A DNA stretch of 64,000 nucleotides, taken from the sequence record OV876907. One strand, written 5' to 3'. Positions 30,420-41,148 of the stretch are shown here, piece after piece (position 1 is the stretch's first letter; the number at the start of each line of letters is the position of its first letter). The DNA comes from Escherichia phage UGJNEcP3. The position numbers and the translations under genes are program-made. The notes below the pieces were generated by a model, which saw only the letters and a program-made list of their open reading frames with translations, was not told the origin of the DNA and did no database searches.

Positions 30420-31172
30420 ATGGCTAATATAGTACGTTGTGAAATGCCTGATGGAGTCCACCGATTTAAACCTTTTACAGTAGCTGATTATCGTGATTTT
30501 ATTTTGATTCGAAATGACATGAATAATAAATCACCTGAAGAGCAAAAACAAATTTTAGATGAGTTACTGGAAGAATACTTCGGTGAATATCCTATGTCAT
30601 GGCGTCCGTACATGTTCATTGAACTTTACACGTCATCACTCGGCAAGACTAAAATTCCTATCCGATATACATGTAGCAAGTGTGAAAAGGATAGACAAGT
30701 TTTATTTAATTTGAAACAGACCAAGTTAGATAACCCTACAATCGAAGTGGCAGGCTTGAAGCTAACATTCAAATTTCCGGAAATAGAATATCACGACAAA
30801 TCTGAATTGATTTTGAACACCCTCCAAACCGTAGAAGATGAAAACGGAAAATATAATTGGTCAGACCTTTCTGAAGAGGACCAATTAGCCGTAATAGATG
30901 CTATAGACTTATCCACTTTAGAGGATATAGTTAAACAAACTAGCCCTATTCATTTCGAACTCAAATATGGATGCTGTAATCGTAGAACAATTACGTATAC
31001 CGATATTTTAGAGGTGTTTAAGCTTATAGTCAATCCGGATGAGATATTTTTATTCTACCAAATAAACCATTTACTGGTAAAGAACAATTATTCATTAGAA
31101 AGCATTATGCAGATGATTCCAATCGAACGCGGTATTGCTTTGTCTTTGGTTGAAAAGGACCTTAAGAAATGA
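30420..31172 (+). CDS. 51: baseplate hub assembly catalyst gp51
   Basis: Internal ATG 30420 ([12 protein letters not shown]..., as T4 gp51 MANIIRCELPNG) after AAGAGGA and TATAAATA at 30392-30399. Confidence 0.85.
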   Translation: MANIVRCEMPDGVHRFKPFTVADYRDFILIRNDMNNKSPEEQKQILDELLEEYFGEYPMSWRPYMFIELYTSSLGKTKIPIRYTCSKCEKDRQVLFNLKQTKLDNPTIEVAGLKLTFKFPEIEYHDKSELILNTLQTVEDENGKYNWSDLSEEDQLAVIDAIDLSTLEDIVKQTSPIHFELKYGCCNRRTITYTDILEVFKLIVNPDEIFLFYQINHLLVKNNYSLESIMQMIPIERGIALSLVEKDLKK

Positions 31173-32338
31173 GTTCAAAAACTATGCAACGTGAAGGCTT
31201 TCCTAATATTAGTATACGCCTTTACGAAGATTATGACGCCTGGTTAGAGCATCGTTTTGTTGAACTAGGCGCGACATTTACTACTCTAACAATGCGAGAT
31301 GGGCTTTACGGTAGTAATGAAGGGTTGCTTCAGTTTTATGATGCAAAGAACCTTCATACTAAAATGGACGGTGAGCAGATTATTCAAATTTCTGTTAAGA
31401 ATGCTAACTCTGAACGTACCCAATCAAGAATTTATGGAAGTAAACACTTTGCTGTAGGAGTGGATTCGAAGGGCGACAATATCATAACAATACAACTCGC
31501 CCCAATCCACTTTTTAGAGAATCTTAAATTTAGTCGTATGTTCTTCCCGAGTGTTCAAGAAACATTAACTGAAATGATTGGTGTTATTTATCAAGACCGC
31601 CCATTACTTGCTCCTCCTTTGAACGGGATAAACGTTTACGTTCCTAATGTTCCTTGGTGCGATTCAATGGACCGTTATATGGAATTTGTACGAGAAGTAG
31701 GTATGGCCGTTGAATCTGATAAATTTGTATTTGTCTGGGAAGATATAGATGGTATTTCTATTATGGACTACGAATTTATGGTTAATCAAGAGCCAATTAA
31801 TTTTGTGGTAGGCGAGCCTCGTTTAATAGGCCAATACGTCCAAGATATGGACACTCCTATCGCATTTGATTTTGAATGGTTAACTAAAGCCAACCAACAT
31901 TCTCGTAAGCCATACGAAAACGCTACTGTATATGCCCACTCTTTCTTAGACAAAAACGCTACCCGAATTACTTTTGGCGACGGGCAAAACAGTATATTGG
32001 TTTCTCGCTCCGGTGGATATTCTGATTATACCTACCGAAACGGATTTGAAGAAGCTGATAGATTAGTTACTATGGCCCAATACGATGGCTATGCCCATTG
32101 TAAGGTATATGGTAACTTTGAACTAACTCCAGGTGATAAGATTAATTTCTATGACCCTAAAAACCAATTCCAATACGATTTTTATGTAGACGAAGTTATT
32201 CATGAAGTGAGTAACAATACATCAATTACAAACCTTTATATGTTTACTAATGGTAAGCCTATTAAGATTGAAGAACCACCGAAGGTTAAAAATGAACTTA
32301 AAACTGATACTCCCGATCAAGAAAATAACGCTGGGTGA
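31169..32338 (+). CDS. 27: baseplate hub subunit gp27
   Basis: ORF track; ATGA overlap with gp51; size and position as T4 gene 27. Confidence 0.88.
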   Translation: MSSKTMQREGFPNISIRLYEDYDAWLEHRFVELGATFTTLTMRDGLYGSNEGLLQFYDAKNLHTKMDGEQIIQISVKNANSERTQSRIYGSKHFAVGVDSKGDNIITIQLAPIHFLENLKFSRMFFPSVQETLTEMIGVIYQDRPLLAPPLNGINVYVPNVPWCDSMDRYMEFVREVGMAVESDKFVFVWEDIDGISIMDYEFMVNQEPINFVVGEPRLIGQYVQDMDTPIAFDFEWLTKANQHSRKPYENATVYAHSFLDKNATRITFGDGQNSILVSRSGGYSDYTYRNGFEEADRLVTMAQYDGYAHCKVYGNFELTPGDKINFYDPKNQFQYDFYVDEVIHEVSNNTSITNLYMFTNGKPIKIEEPPKVKNELKTDTPDQENNAG

Positions 32339-32819
32339 CAAAGAGATTTCCATTCCTAAATTGGGTCTTAAACACCAGAAATTGGTTAAAGATGAAAAGG
32401 ACCCTTACAAGGCTCTTCATATATTAATGAATTCCATTTATAAAGGTTTATCCGCGGCAGAGACTGATTTTGCCGCTCTCCACCTTTTAGAATTCAATGG
32501 AAGATTAAAAAGTAAAGTAACCAAAGACGGGTTTACTTATAACTTAAATGACCTTTATATCTGCCAGCGACTTGAATTCCAATTCCAAGGTAAAACATTT
32601 AAATTTAAATCACACGAACCATTTCAAACATTTGGGCCTGTTGATAGTGTATTACAATCCCTTTACCTTGGCGATAATGTACCAGATTTTCTGGATATGC
32701 CTGCCTTTGTTGCTACATGGGCCGACGATATAACTTCTACTATAGCTATCCCTGGTCCTAATGGTCCTATCAAAGGATTGCTTAAAATCATGGATATCTT
32801 AAATGAAGAACGAATCTAA
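32292..32819 (+). CDS. 28: baseplate hub distal subunit gp28
   Basis: Internal ATG 32292 after GAAGG, overlapping the gp27 3' end; position as T4 gene 28. Confidence 0.75.
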   Translation: MNLKLILPIKKITLGDKEISIPKLGLKHQKLVKDEKDPYKALHILMNSIYKGLSAAETDFAALHLLEFNGRLKSKVTKDGFTYNLNDLYICQRLEFQFQGKTFKFKSHEPFQTFGPVDSVLQSLYLGDNVPDFLDMPAFVATWADDITSTIAIPGPNGPIKGLLKIMDILNEERI

Positions 32820-34539
32820 TCAGAATAGTTTTCGTCGCAATAAACTGATTGAAGAAATGGCTCCTCAGCGTCGTGCTGAGGCGCTAGCCCAAACTCAGAA
32901 CGACGAATTAGGAAATATATCAGATGTTTTATCCGATTCCCAGGCGGCGTCTGAATTGCTCTCTGAAGTTGTTGAGACAAAGTCTAACCAGATTATTAAT
33001 TCTGTAAACCGAGTAGACAAAAGCGTCCAAGATGTTGTCGCTGGAACAGAATTAACGGCCGAAGCTATATCAGAACAAACCCAACAGTCTAAAGCTCTTT
33101 CGGATGCATTAAACGAAAAGATTAATAAGCTTTCTAATATGTTGGAGGCTAAATTTTCTGGTATTTCTATTCCACCGGAAGGGGGTTCATTAAAGGTTAT
33201 TGAAGACTCTATTCCGGAAGAACCTAAGGCCGAAACCCCTAAAGTTCCTGCTGTTGTTGAAGATATTCTTCCACCTGAAGATAATAAACCTGACGCTGAA
33301 TTTATGCCTGAGTCTCCTAAAAATTCAGATGAAGGTAAAGAAGGTGATAAGACTTCTCTTTCCGAGAAAATCGAAGCCCTTACTAAAATAACTGAAAAGG
33401 GATTTAAAGCTTCTATAGGCGTCGCTGATAGAATTTCAGGCATGCTTTTTAAGTATACCATTACCGCTGCCGCTGAAGCTGCTAAACTCGCAGCAGGTTT
33501 AGTCCTTTTAATATTTGGTATAGATGCCATTCGCGTATACTTCCAATATTTCATGGACCAATTTGAGTCAGGGTGGAAAGAATTTAACGATAAGTTTAAA
33601 GAGTGGGGACCATTACTTGAAGGGCTAATGACATGGGCCAAGAATGCTGAAGCCATGTTTAGTGAAGGAAACTGGTTAGGTCTGGCTGAAGCTATTATTC
33701 GTGGTATGGTTAATCTTACCAAAAATATGGCACAACTTTTAATGCTTGGTATTTCTAAGTTGATTTCTGCTATTTTAAGCAAAATACCTGGTATGGGTGA
33801 GTTGGCCGAAAACGTAGAGGCTTCCGCCTTAATGTCGTATCAACAAAATACCGGAGCCACTTTGGACGATGAAGACCAAACTAAAGTGGCCAAGTACCAT
33901 GATAGACGTTCAGCCGAGGCTTTAGAAACAGCCGAGAAAATGAATAAGAAGTATAAGGATAAACCTGAGCTTATAAACCAGGCAGAGAAATACGGTAATC
34001 TTACTAAAGAACAAGCCGACCAATTACGCGCCGGTGGAATTGACACAAGCTTCCGTGACCTCCCTGAAGAAGAACGTTTAGAGTATTTCAAGAAACGTGA
34101 TAAAGCTCAGGCTGATATTATTCGTTTGACACAAACCGCTGATAATATAATGAAGCCTGATTCTAAAGATATCGAAAATGCTAAAGCATTTAAAGCTGAT
34201 ATCGAGAAACAATTGGCTGACCCTATTATGGCTAAAGGTGGAGCACCGAAGGACCTTAATATCCAGCAATTACTCGATAAGATGAATAAATCTTTAGAGA
34301 AATTTAATGAAGCTGAAAAGCCTAAACCTGCTTCTGTAGCGGAATCTCCTGAAAATACCCAGGTTAAAAAGGTTGATGAGCAAATGAGAGCAAAGGAAAA
34401 TGCTAAATATAGTCAGCAAGCTCCAACTCAAATAAATCAGCAAACGAATATCAAGAAAACGAGTAAGACAAGCTATAATATGCCTCCACAGTCCTCTACT
34501 CCTGCTCCTGGTATGCGTCAAGCTACTAAAGTTAATTAG
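32803..34539 (+). CDS. 29: baseplate hub subunit / tail length determinator gp29
   Basis: ORF track; long low-complexity helical protein typical of tape-measure-like gp29. Confidence 0.85.
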   Translation: MKNESNQNSFRRNKLIEEMAPQRRAEALAQTQNDELGNISDVLSDSQAASELLSEVVETKSNQIINSVNRVDKSVQDVVAGTELTAEAISEQTQQSKALSDALNEKINKLSNMLEAKFSGISIPPEGGSLKVIEDSIPEEPKAETPKVPAVVEDILPPEDNKPDAEFMPESPKNSDEGKEGDKTSLSEKIEALTKITEKGFKASIGVADRISGMLFKYTITAAAEAAKLAAGLVLLIFGIDAIRVYFQYFMDQFESGWKEFNDKFKEWGPLLEGLMTWAKNAEAMFSEGNWLGLAEAIIRGMVNLTKNMAQLLMLGISKLISAILSKIPGMGELAENVEASALMSYQQNTGATLDDEDQTKVAKYHDRRSAEALETAEKMNKKYKDKPELINQAEKYGNLTKEQADQLRAGGIDTSFRDLPEEERLEYFKKRDKAQADIIRLTQTADNIMKPDSKDIENAKAFKADIEKQLADPIMAKGGAPKDLNIQQLLDKMNKSLEKFNEAEKPKPASVAESPENTQVKKVDEQMRAKENAKYSQQAPTQINQQTNIKKTSKTSYNMPPQSSTPAPGMRQATKVN

Positions 34540-34547
34540 GATTAATA

Positions 34548-35636
34548 ATGAAAGTAAAAGAACTTGACTTTGATGTAGCCTCCTTGTTTAAAGGAGGTTC
34601 AAAGACCTCCGCAGGTCAATCTAAAACACCACCAATAAAAACCACGGTAACCGCTCAGTACCCAGCTGAGCGTGCTTCAGGTAATGATACCTCAACCGAT
34701 ATGGTATTAAACGACCTCTATAAAAATGGATTGCTTTTTACTGCATATAATTTTAGTTCTCGTGTATCTCCGGATTTGCGTAACGACCGTTCGAGTCAAA
34801 TGACTAAAAAGTTCTCAAAAGCTGCTAGTAAACTTACCGGCAATACCGGAGGATTCAGCGCGGTTAAAAACTTGTTTAGTAATAACTCTAAGGGAGTTAA
34901 ATTTGACAACCAAGCTTTGGCAAATATTTTACTCCCACGTTCTAAATCTGACGTAGATTCAGTGTCGCATAAATTTAATGATGTCGGTGAATCATTAATT
35001 ACTAAAGGTGGCGGTACTGCTACAGGTATTTTAAGTAACGTTGCAAGTACTGCGGTATTTGGTGCATTGGAATCTGTAACTAATGGCGTAATGGCTGATT
35101 CAGGTGAACAGATATACACCACCGCCCGTAGTATGTACGCCGGCCCGGATAACCGTACTAAGGTATTCACTTGGGAAATGACCCCACGAAACGCCCAAGA
35201 CCTTATCCAGATTATTAAAATATACGAAATCTTTAATTACTATTCTTATGGTGAAACCGGCAACTCAGCTTTCGCTGGTGAATTAAAAGAGAAGATTGAT
35301 ACCTGGTATCGTTCTACGTTTAAAAAAGAAGCTATTGACAAGTTTGACGGTAAGCTATTAGGGGAAAGTATTACAAGCTTCCTTTCTAATGTTATTGTGG
35401 TAAGTAACCCGACCATTTGGTATATCCGAAACTTTGGCGATAGTAGTTCATATGATGGTCGTGAAGATATTTTTGGTCCATGCCAAATCCAGAGTATCCG
35501 TTTTGATAAAACCCCTGATGGCCAATTTAATGGATTGGCTATTGCTCCTAACTTACCATCTACGTTTAGTTTAGAAGTTACTTTCCGTGAAATTATTACT
35601 CTGAACCGTGGCTCACTTTATACGGAAGGATTCTAA
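34548..35636 (+). CDS. 48: baseplate tail tube cap gp48
   Basis: ORF track; size and position as T4 gene 48. Confidence 0.85.
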   Translation: MKVKELDFDVASLFKGGSKTSAGQSKTPPIKTTVTAQYPAERASGNDTSTDMVLNDLYKNGLLFTAYNFSSRVSPDLRNDRSSQMTKKFSKAASKLTGNTGGFSAVKNLFSNNSKGVKFDNQALANILLPRSKSDVDSVSHKFNDVGESLITKGGGTATGILSNVASTAVFGALESVTNGVMADSGEQIYTTARSMYAGPDNRTKVFTWEMTPRNAQDLIQIIKIYEIFNYYSYGETGNSAFAGELKEKIDTWYRSTFKKEAIDKFDGKLLGESITSFLSNVIVVSNPTIWYIRNFGDSSSYDGREDIFGPCQIQSIRFDKTPDGQFNGLAIAPNLPSTFSLEVTFREIITLNRGSLYTEGF

Positions 35637-36589
35637 TGTATACTTTACAAGAATTTCAGAACCAGGCAATTAATATTGACCTACAGAGGAATAACCTGTT
35701 TAGTGTAGTATTTGCTACAGTTCCTTCTTCTAAATCCCAGGCGCTCCTCGACCAGTTCGGTGGAGCTTTATTTAACAATATCCCATTGAATACCGATTTG
35801 TTTGGTATTACACAAGGAGAGTTGACCCAAGGTGTTACGACATTAGTGACAGCGGGCACTCAGAAGTTGATTCGTAAGTCAGGCATAAGTAAATATCTGA
35901 TTGGAGCTATGTCATCCAGGGTTGTGCAGAGCTTACTAGGAGAGTTTGAAGTAGGTACATATCTGATGGATTTTTTCAATATGGCCTATCCTACGGCAGG
36001 TCTTTTAGTCCACGCCGTTAAAATCCCGGATAATACTTTGAACTACGAAATGGATTTGAACCATAACTCACCTAACATCAAAATTACTGGAAGGGAATAT
36101 TCCCCATTGGTATTAAGCTTCCGTATGGATTCTGAAGCTGCTAACTACCGTGCTTTTAATGATTGGGTCAATAGTGTCCAAGACCCTATTACACAATTAA
36201 GAGCATTGCCTGAAGATGTTGAAGCTGACATCCAAGTCAACCTTCATTCTCGTAATGGATTGCCACATACAGTAGTAATGCTTAATGGATGTGTTCCTGT
36301 AGGTGTTTCATCGCCGGAATTATCTTATGATGGCGATAACCAGATTGCTTCGTTTGATGTTACATTTGCTTATAGAAGTGTACAGACGGGTGCAGTTGGT
36401 AAACAAGCTGCTTATGAATGGCTGGAAGATAAAGTCCTTAAAGGCGTAGCAGGCATAAGTGAGAGTAACTCATTAAGTTCTTCTGTAGCTAAATTAAGTA
36501 GACTTTCAGGAGCTTCTAGTGGATTGACCGGATTGGTTAATACGTTTGGTGGGCGTGCTATTAATAATGGAATATCGAGGTTGCTATAA
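35636..36589 (+). CDS. 54: baseplate tail tube initiator gp54
   Basis: ORF track; ATG overlaps gp48 stop; size and position as T4 gene 54; strong terminator downstream. Confidence 0.85.
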   Translation: MYTLQEFQNQAINIDLQRNNLFSVVFATVPSSKSQALLDQFGGALFNNIPLNTDLFGITQGELTQGVTTLVTAGTQKLIRKSGISKYLIGAMSSRVVQSLLGEFEVGTYLMDFFNMAYPTAGLLVHAVKIPDNTLNYEMDLNHNSPNIKITGREYSPLVLSFRMDSEAANYRAFNDWVNSVQDPITQLRALPEDVEADIQVNLHSRNGLPHTVVMLNGCVPVGVSSPELSYDGDNQIASFDVTFAYRSVQTGAVGKQAAYEWLEDKVLKGVAGISESNSLSSSVAKLSRLSGASSGLTGLVNTFGGRAINNGISRLL

Positions 36590-36590
36590 C

Positions 36591-36618
36591 AAAAAAAGGA
36601 GAGCGTACGCTCTCCTTT
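36591..36618. terminator. bidirectional terminator between gene 54 and the end of the alt-side minus-strand unit
   Basis: AAAAAAA-GGAGAGCG-TA-CGCTCTCC-TTT; 9-bp stem. Confidence 0.7.
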
Positions 36619-36624
36619 AGGGGT

Positions 36625-36915
36625 TTATTTACGGAACGAAATGAAACCTGCTGTGGTCATTAGTGGTTGCTTTTTAACAAACACCGTGACCGAAATAGGA
36701 GCTTCAGATTCGAGTTGTCCTGTCACTACACCGTTAAAAATGTTTTCGGTTTGTTCTGGATAAGAAAAATTCTCAACAGGTCGGATATCAAACTGTTTGT
36801 CTTCACCAAAAACTCGACGTAATTCATTACCTACGGCACTGTCAAACTCTTCGGAAGCAGGGATAACGTTTTCAACTACCAGTTCTTGACCATTAAAACG
36901 GAATGCAGATTTCAT
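36625..36915 (-). CDS. hypothetical protein downstream of the alt array
   Basis: ORF track; GAGGAG RBS; own GTTTACA-N17-TACTAT promoter whose -35 overlaps the Alt-A stop codon. Confidence 0.6.
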   Translation of the reverse strand: MKSAFRFNGQELVVENVIPASEEFDSAVGNELRRVFGEDKQFDIRPVENFSYPEQTENIFNGVVTGQLESEAPISVTVFVKKQPLMTTAGFISFRK

Positions 36916-36943
36916 AATGTTCTCCTCATGTTTGTGTAAGGTA

Positions 36944-36973
36944 ATAGTACCACATCCTTGTGGTGTTGTAAAC
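36944..36973 (-). promoter_or_regulatory. early-type promoter GTTTACA-N17-TACTAT
   Basis: Upstream of the 36625-36915 gene; -35 overlaps the Alt-A stop codon. Confidence 0.5.
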
Positions 36974-39096
36974 TACATTTTGAATTTATTTGATAAAGAA
37001 GAGATATCCAAAGACGCGGCAAGGATTTCCATAGCTTCATTGCTTTCAGAAATGGATTCACTAATCAAGAACTGACTGAATCCATCCATCAGGCGAACTT
37101 CGCCAGTTTCCATCAAATGGTCACCATCGTAAACAGATTCGCTGAGCTCTGAAGGAGGTGTTACGGTAGCTTCCATAAGGTATTTGTGAGATACTCTATC
37201 ATTCATGGCAAAAGACGCTACTTTATCAACCTTCAACAATAATCCACGCGGAAGGATAATTTCTGCTTCTTCAGCATATTCTGTAAGGTCGCCAGGAGCG
37301 ATAACTTTAACTGCTTCAGCACCTCGAATAACCATACCAATTTCAGCAATTCTATCCGCAGGGCCTTCAGGTGCAATTGGATTACCAAACTCGTCTTCTT
37401 CCCATTCCACCTCTTCGTCATCGACTTCACCCACATCAGATGAACTACCACTAGCCAATTTAAACAACTCATCGGCTGAGGATAAAGAACCTTCATCACC
37501 AACAAAAACTGCTTGGTTGTCGAGGGCCATATAATTTTTACCAAATTCGCCAAAGATGTTAGGCTTTAATGAGGCCGACACAAAGTTCTTAAAGTAAAAT
37601 GTTTTGTTATCGATATTATGACGCAGAATTTTGTATGGTAAATCCTGACCACGATACAAAATAGTACCCTTAGGAAGTTTAATACCCTTAGTAAATGCTG
37701 AGTCTAAATCCTTAATCAATTTAATAGCCGTTGTATTGTTTTCGGATTCAGGTTTACCTAAAAGGAATAAGTTCATAGGAGCATATTCAGCTGCGCAATA
37801 TTCAATAATAGCATTGCTTTCGTCTTTGGTTAAGTCCTTAGGTTTAATGAGCTCACCTGAATAAGCATATGCATCACTAATAGAATCGTTAATTAGTTTA
37901 TAAACGGCTTCCATAGCGAAAGCAATTCGAGAGGCCTTTTCTGAAGGGGAGCCTTTAAAACGAGCGCTCAAGTTATTAACAATTTTCTTAATAATATCCA
38001 GACTATTGGTGGTATTGATTTGCGAAAGGCCACTTAAAAGTCTATCGACTTCTGTATTAAAAAATGCCATATTATTAGAGTAAATTTCAAACCCTTGTTT
38101 ATCTCTATTAGCATAATTTAGTTTAAATTTACTATCAGTCATTAAAGCGTGTGTGAGAGCAATAGTGTATCTAAAGTTGGCAAGGTCCTCGCTCTTAGAT
38201 TTAAACTGAGAAGCCTGGCGCATTTTGGTAATAGCACCTTTTTTAAAGTTCTGACTAATCTGTTCAATACCTTCATTCTCAGGGCCTTCAGCCGTGTGAA
38301 CCGGTACAGAAGCTTCAAACTCGTTATAAACCTGCAATTCTTTAGGGGACAAAGTTTCAGGCTCAGCAGTAGAATACTGCGCGGCCGCTGCCATACGACG
38401 CGAAATCTTAGTACGAGTAATGACAGCCTTATCAGTACGTTTCTCTTCAACTTGTGCAATAGATGCCGCTACGGCTTCTACTTTACTTACGGCCTGGCCG
38501 GTTTTCTTAGAAACATACACTTCGCCAACTTTAGACTCGACTTTAGTATAAAGATTGGCATCAATTTCAGGCATACCCTTGATATCTTCAATATTAGCAC
38601 CACGACGTACTAAAAGAACGTAGGTATGTTTTCCGCTGAATTGGAACATGTGGTCAACAACTTTAAACTTACCACCGGTACGGGCCATAGCCAAACGAGC
38701 TAATACGCGCTGAACGGTAGGGCCTTTACCTTTCATTTTCTTAGTAGGGAAACGGAATAAAACCGCGTCCATTTTAAGTTTGTTTATTTGTTCATATATG
38801 GTATCGAAAATGGTGTTCAGTGTACCGAGTGGATCGGTACCCAAACCACCCTTGAGTTCTGCCGGAGCGCCTTTAGCAGATAAACTCATTAAGATAACAT
38901 GGACGTACTTATCGCCATTTTTAACCATCTTAATAGCGTCGCCTTCAGACGCATAAGATACCATACGCGCTACTAAATTGTCATTACCAGGAGCATGTAC
39001 CGCAAAAATCTGCGGTACGCCTGAGCCAGGTTTAAGATTTGTTACCGGATAGTTTTTAGCGGAATCGCTATCAAAAACTTCGTTTAAATTTTCCAT
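36973..39096 (-). CDS. alt: Alt-like ADP-ribosyltransferase, paralogue A (third in transcription order)
   Basis: N-terminus MENLNEVFDSD...; ART motifs YRGQ / VSASL / EIILPRG in the C-terminal third; central segment unlike the other two copies. Confidence 0.8.
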   Translation of the reverse strand: MENLNEVFDSDSAKNYPVTNLKPGSGVPQIFAVHAPGNDNLVARMVSYASEGDAIKMVKNGDKYVHVILMSLSAKGAPAELKGGLGTDPLGTLNTIFDTIYEQINKLKMDAVLFRFPTKKMKGKGPTVQRVLARLAMARTGGKFKVVDHMFQFSGKHTYVLLVRRGANIEDIKGMPEIDANLYTKVESKVGEVYVSKKTGQAVSKVEAVAASIAQVEEKRTDKAVITRTKISRRMAAAAQYSTAEPETLSPKELQVYNEFEASVPVHTAEGPENEGIEQISQNFKKGAITKMRQASQFKSKSEDLANFRYTIALTHALMTDSKFKLNYANRDKQGFEIYSNNMAFFNTEVDRLLSGLSQINTTNSLDIIKKIVNNLSARFKGSPSEKASRIAFAMEAVYKLINDSISDAYAYSGELIKPKDLTKDESNAIIEYCAAEYAPMNLFLLGKPESENNTTAIKLIKDLDSAFTKGIKLPKGTILYRGQDLPYKILRHNIDNKTFYFKNFVSASLKPNIFGEFGKNYMALDNQAVFVGDEGSLSSADELFKLASGSSSDVGEVDDEEVEWEEDEFGNPIAPEGPADRIAEIGMVIRGAEAVKVIAPGDLTEYAEEAEIILPRGLLLKVDKVASFAMNDRVSHKYLMEATVTPPSELSESVYDGDHLMETGEVRLMDGFSQFLISESISESNEAMEILAASLDISSLSNKFKM

Positions 39097-39099
39097 TAT

Positions 39100-41148
39100 T
39101 TACCCTTGGGTGAATTTTTCTGGGGTTTCGTCAAAATTAATACATGAAGCTAAAATAGGCATTATATCCACCTTGGTCGATTTGACGAATGAATCAAAAG
39201 ACACACGGTTGTCGGTCTCTGTTTCTACGCCTTGGTAAACAACCAATTCGCCGGTTTCCATCAATGCATCACCATCATAGATAACCGCATTTTCTGCTAG
39301 TTGGTCTGTGGTCTGGATATCAGCTTCCAATAATTTGGTGTTGTAGTTTCCTTTATATGAGGCATCTGTAATTTTAGTAATCTTAACAGTAGTTCCACGT
39401 GGAAGAATAACCTCTTGTTCTGTTGGAGAACCTGACAATTCACCGGGCACAATTACGTTAATAGAGTCTGCACCGGAAATTTTCCAACCGATGTTCATCA
39501 TTGTATTTTCGGAACTCGTCAGCATACTTGGAAGAACAATTTCATTATTGCCTTGGAAAGATGTCCCAGCGCGATAGTCCTGATGAACTGCGGCCATTGC
39601 GACGTTTGATACCCAGCCGCCAAAGATAATCGGCTTAAGGGACGTTGATACATAGTTCCTGAAATAAAACAATTTTGAGTGTTTGATTTTATCAAAAGTG
39701 TTAACATTTAAATATTGACCACGCCAAAGTGTAATATCAGGTGGCAATTTATGGCCAATTTCAAATGCCGCATCCATATCATTAATTACTTCAATTACAC
39801 GATAACTATCAATAAATTCTGCATCCTCTTCATAATAATTACCCAACAAATAATTATTAACATCGGTATAATATTGGCCACAATAAGAAGAAATAGCCTC
39901 ACGCTGCCCATACTCAAATCGATTATCGCTATAACTGGCTGTAAAATGCATAACACTTTCTGACGCTTCATTAGCAAAGTCGGTAACAGCAGCACTTATA
40001 CGTTGAGCATACTCTTGTTCCCAAAGCTCTGCTGCATATTCTGCCGCATCCATATTAGGAGGAGCCTCATTCATTTTTCTTTCGATAAATGCAGCTTTGC
40101 GAAGGTTAAGAACCTCTGCACATGATTCGGCAAAAATCTGCATCTGCTTCATACTGCCGACAGGAGCACGTTTAAGTTCACGATGCATACGGTTAAAAAT
40201 TGGGTCAGAGTCTTCGACTCGAATTTCTTCTTTCCAAACACCGTTTGCTCGCATAGCCATATCTGCCGCGCGCATACGCTCCATAGTATTCGTTTCAGAA
40301 GGCTGAATAAAAATTTCCAGTTCTTCATAATCATCGATAAGTTCTGCTGTTGCTGGGGCACTAAATTTTGATGCCTCTGCATCAATCTCATTCCAACCTT
40401 CCGGAACTTCATCTCGAGGAGAATACTGGGCTGCGGCTACAGCACGCCTAGAAATCTTGGTAGTAGTAATAACGGCCTTATCCGTACGTTTTTCTTCGAC
40501 TGCCGCTATACTAGCAGATAGTGCTTCTATTTTGGTTACCGATTGGCCTGTTTTCTTGGATACATAAACCTCACCAACTTTAGACTCAACCTTAGTGTAA
40601 AGGTCTGCATCAATTTCAGGCATACCTTTTATGTCCTCAATATTAGCTTGTTTACGGACCAGTAAAACGTATGTATGTTTGCCTGTAAATTGATACATAT
40701 CATCGACAACTTTAAACTTGCCGCCAGTACGAGCCATCGCCAAACGTGCCAATACACGTTGAACAGTAGGACCCTTACCTTTCATTTTCTTGGTAGGGAA
40801 CCGGAAAAGAACTGCATCCATTTTAAGTTTGTTTACTTGTTCGTATACAGTATCAAAAATGGTATTCAGCGTACCAAGTGGGTCAGAACCTAACCCACCT
40901 TTCAACTCGGCTGGGCTACCCTTAGCAGACAAACTCATCAAAATAACATGAACATATTTGTCACCCGGCTTAACCATTTTAATAGCGTCTCCTTGAGACG
41001 CATAAGATACCATACGAGCAACCAGATTATCATTACCTGGTGCTTGGATAGAGAAAATCTGTGGAATACCGGGACCCGGTTTAAGATTTGTTACTGGATA
41101 GTTTTTAGCGGAATCACTATCAAAAACCTCATTTAAATTTTCCATCAT
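39100..41148 (-). CDS. alt: Alt-like ADP-ribosyltransferase, paralogue B
   Basis: N-terminal about 230 aa near-identical to paralogue A; motifs WRGQ / VSTSL / EVILPRG; start may be the second ATG (41145). Confidence 0.8.
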   Translation of the reverse strand: MMENLNEVFDSDSAKNYPVTNLKPGPGIPQIFSIQAPGNDNLVARMVSYASQGDAIKMVKPGDKYVHVILMSLSAKGSPAELKGGLGSDPLGTLNTIFDTVYEQVNKLKMDAVLFRFPTKKMKGKGPTVQRVLARLAMARTGGKFKVVDDMYQFTGKHTYVLLVRKQANIEDIKGMPEIDADLYTKVESKVGEVYVSKKTGQSVTKIEALSASIAAVEEKRTDKAVITTTKISRRAVAAAQYSPRDEVPEGWNEIDAEASKFSAPATAELIDDYEELEIFIQPSETNTMERMRAADMAMRANGVWKEEIRVEDSDPIFNRMHRELKRAPVGSMKQMQIFAESCAEVLNLRKAAFIERKMNEAPPNMDAAEYAAELWEQEYAQRISAAVTDFANEASESVMHFTASYSDNRFEYGQREAISSYCGQYYTDVNNYLLGNYYEEDAEFIDSYRVIEVINDMDAAFEIGHKLPPDITLWRGQYLNVNTFDKIKHSKLFYFRNYVSTSLKPIIFGGWVSNVAMAAVHQDYRAGTSFQGNNEIVLPSMLTSSENTMMNIGWKISGADSINVIVPGELSGSPTEQEVILPRGTTVKITKITDASYKGNYNTKLLEADIQTTDQLAENAVIYDGDALMETGELVVYQGVETETDNRVSFDSFVKSTKVDIMPILASCINFDETPEKFTQG

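Noticed and set aside
32895-33782. 295-aa minus-strand ORF inside gene 29
   Set aside because: Antisense to gp29; Ser/Ala-rich low-complexity translation; no start context.
38149-38613. 154-aa plus-strand ORF inside alt paralogue A
   Set aside because: Antisense shadow ORF; the minus-strand ART frame has clear homology and motifs.
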